Positions 15,854 to 15,993 of a stretch of DNA of 15,993 bases are shown here, piece by piece. The position numbers and the translations under genes are program-made. The notes below the pieces were generated by a model. That model made no database searches. It was not told the DNA's origin and worked only from the letters and a program-made list of their open reading frames with translations. Each line of letters begins with the position of its first letter. The first letter of the stretch is position 1. Origin of the DNA: Candidatus Eiseniibacteriota bacterium (GTDB lineage Bacteria; Eisenbacteria; RBG-16-71-46); the NCBI GenBank assembly GCA_031364845.1, contig JANLWX010000195.1:1-15993 (forward strand). The letters run 5' to 3'.

Positions 15854-15993
15854 ATCGGGATAGGGGAGCGCGGGTTCGTCCCGCGCTTCCCCTCCCACAC
15901 CACCGGACAAGCGGGTCCGCATCCGGCGGTTCGATGGTTCATCGACCGGCGAGGCGAGGTACACCGAGCCGGTCGAAGTATGAAGTCGGCAGA
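15854..15993 (-). mobile_element. Group II intron, class C (IIC), 3' end (end of ORF, domains V and VI); continues beyond the window
   Basis: The minus strand reads gaACCGCCGGATGCGGACCCGCTTGTCCGGTGGTgtgGGAGGGG, a short IIC-type DV with a CGC triad (about 15899-15930). DVI hairpin agcgcggg/cccgcgct has a bulged A at 15861, 8 nt from the end, and the intron terminates in ...cccgAT at 15854. Confidence 0.93.
15939..15992 (-). CDS. ltrA: C-terminal fragment of the group II intron reverse transcriptase/maturase (partial, 5' part outside the window)
   Basis: ...LPTSYFDRLGVPRLAGR* resembles the usual class C IEP terminus (YF..LG.P.L) and stops just before DV, with no endonuclease domain. Confidence 0.8.
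   Translation of the reverse strand: MPTSYFDRLGVPRLAGR

Noticed and set aside
15227..15964. Minus-strand 245-aa and 75-aa ORFs starting in the intron tail
   Set aside because: They are translations of intron DV/DVI and the antisense of the 14888 gene.

Overview
High-GC (roughly 68-70% by eye) chromosomal window from a diderm bacterium. Two secreted proteins end in a FlgD-Ig/T9SS-CTD-like domain, which suggests an FCB-group organism such as Ca. Eisenbacteria (inference only). From left to right: a cloverleaf palindromic element; a cobalamin-riboswitch-controlled operon (btuB-like TonB receptor plus a BtuG/YncE-like beta-propeller carrying the C-terminal Ig domain); a GT-C-like membrane glycosyltransferase; a family 5 uracil-DNA glycosylase; a KimA-like APC transporter followed by fabI; a small acidic DUF6335-like gene with a sigma54-type promoter; a MATE exporter; a three-gene envelope thiol-redox cassette (CxxC thioredoxin-fold protein with the Ig tail, a structured 118-nt spacer, a TlpA-like protein, and a DUF6029-like outer-membrane protein with a C-terminal CxxGxC); a secreted hypothetical protein with a candidate sigma54 promoter; and the 3' end of a class C (IIC) group II intron on the minus strand, cut by the right edge of the window. 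Several genes look leaderless.
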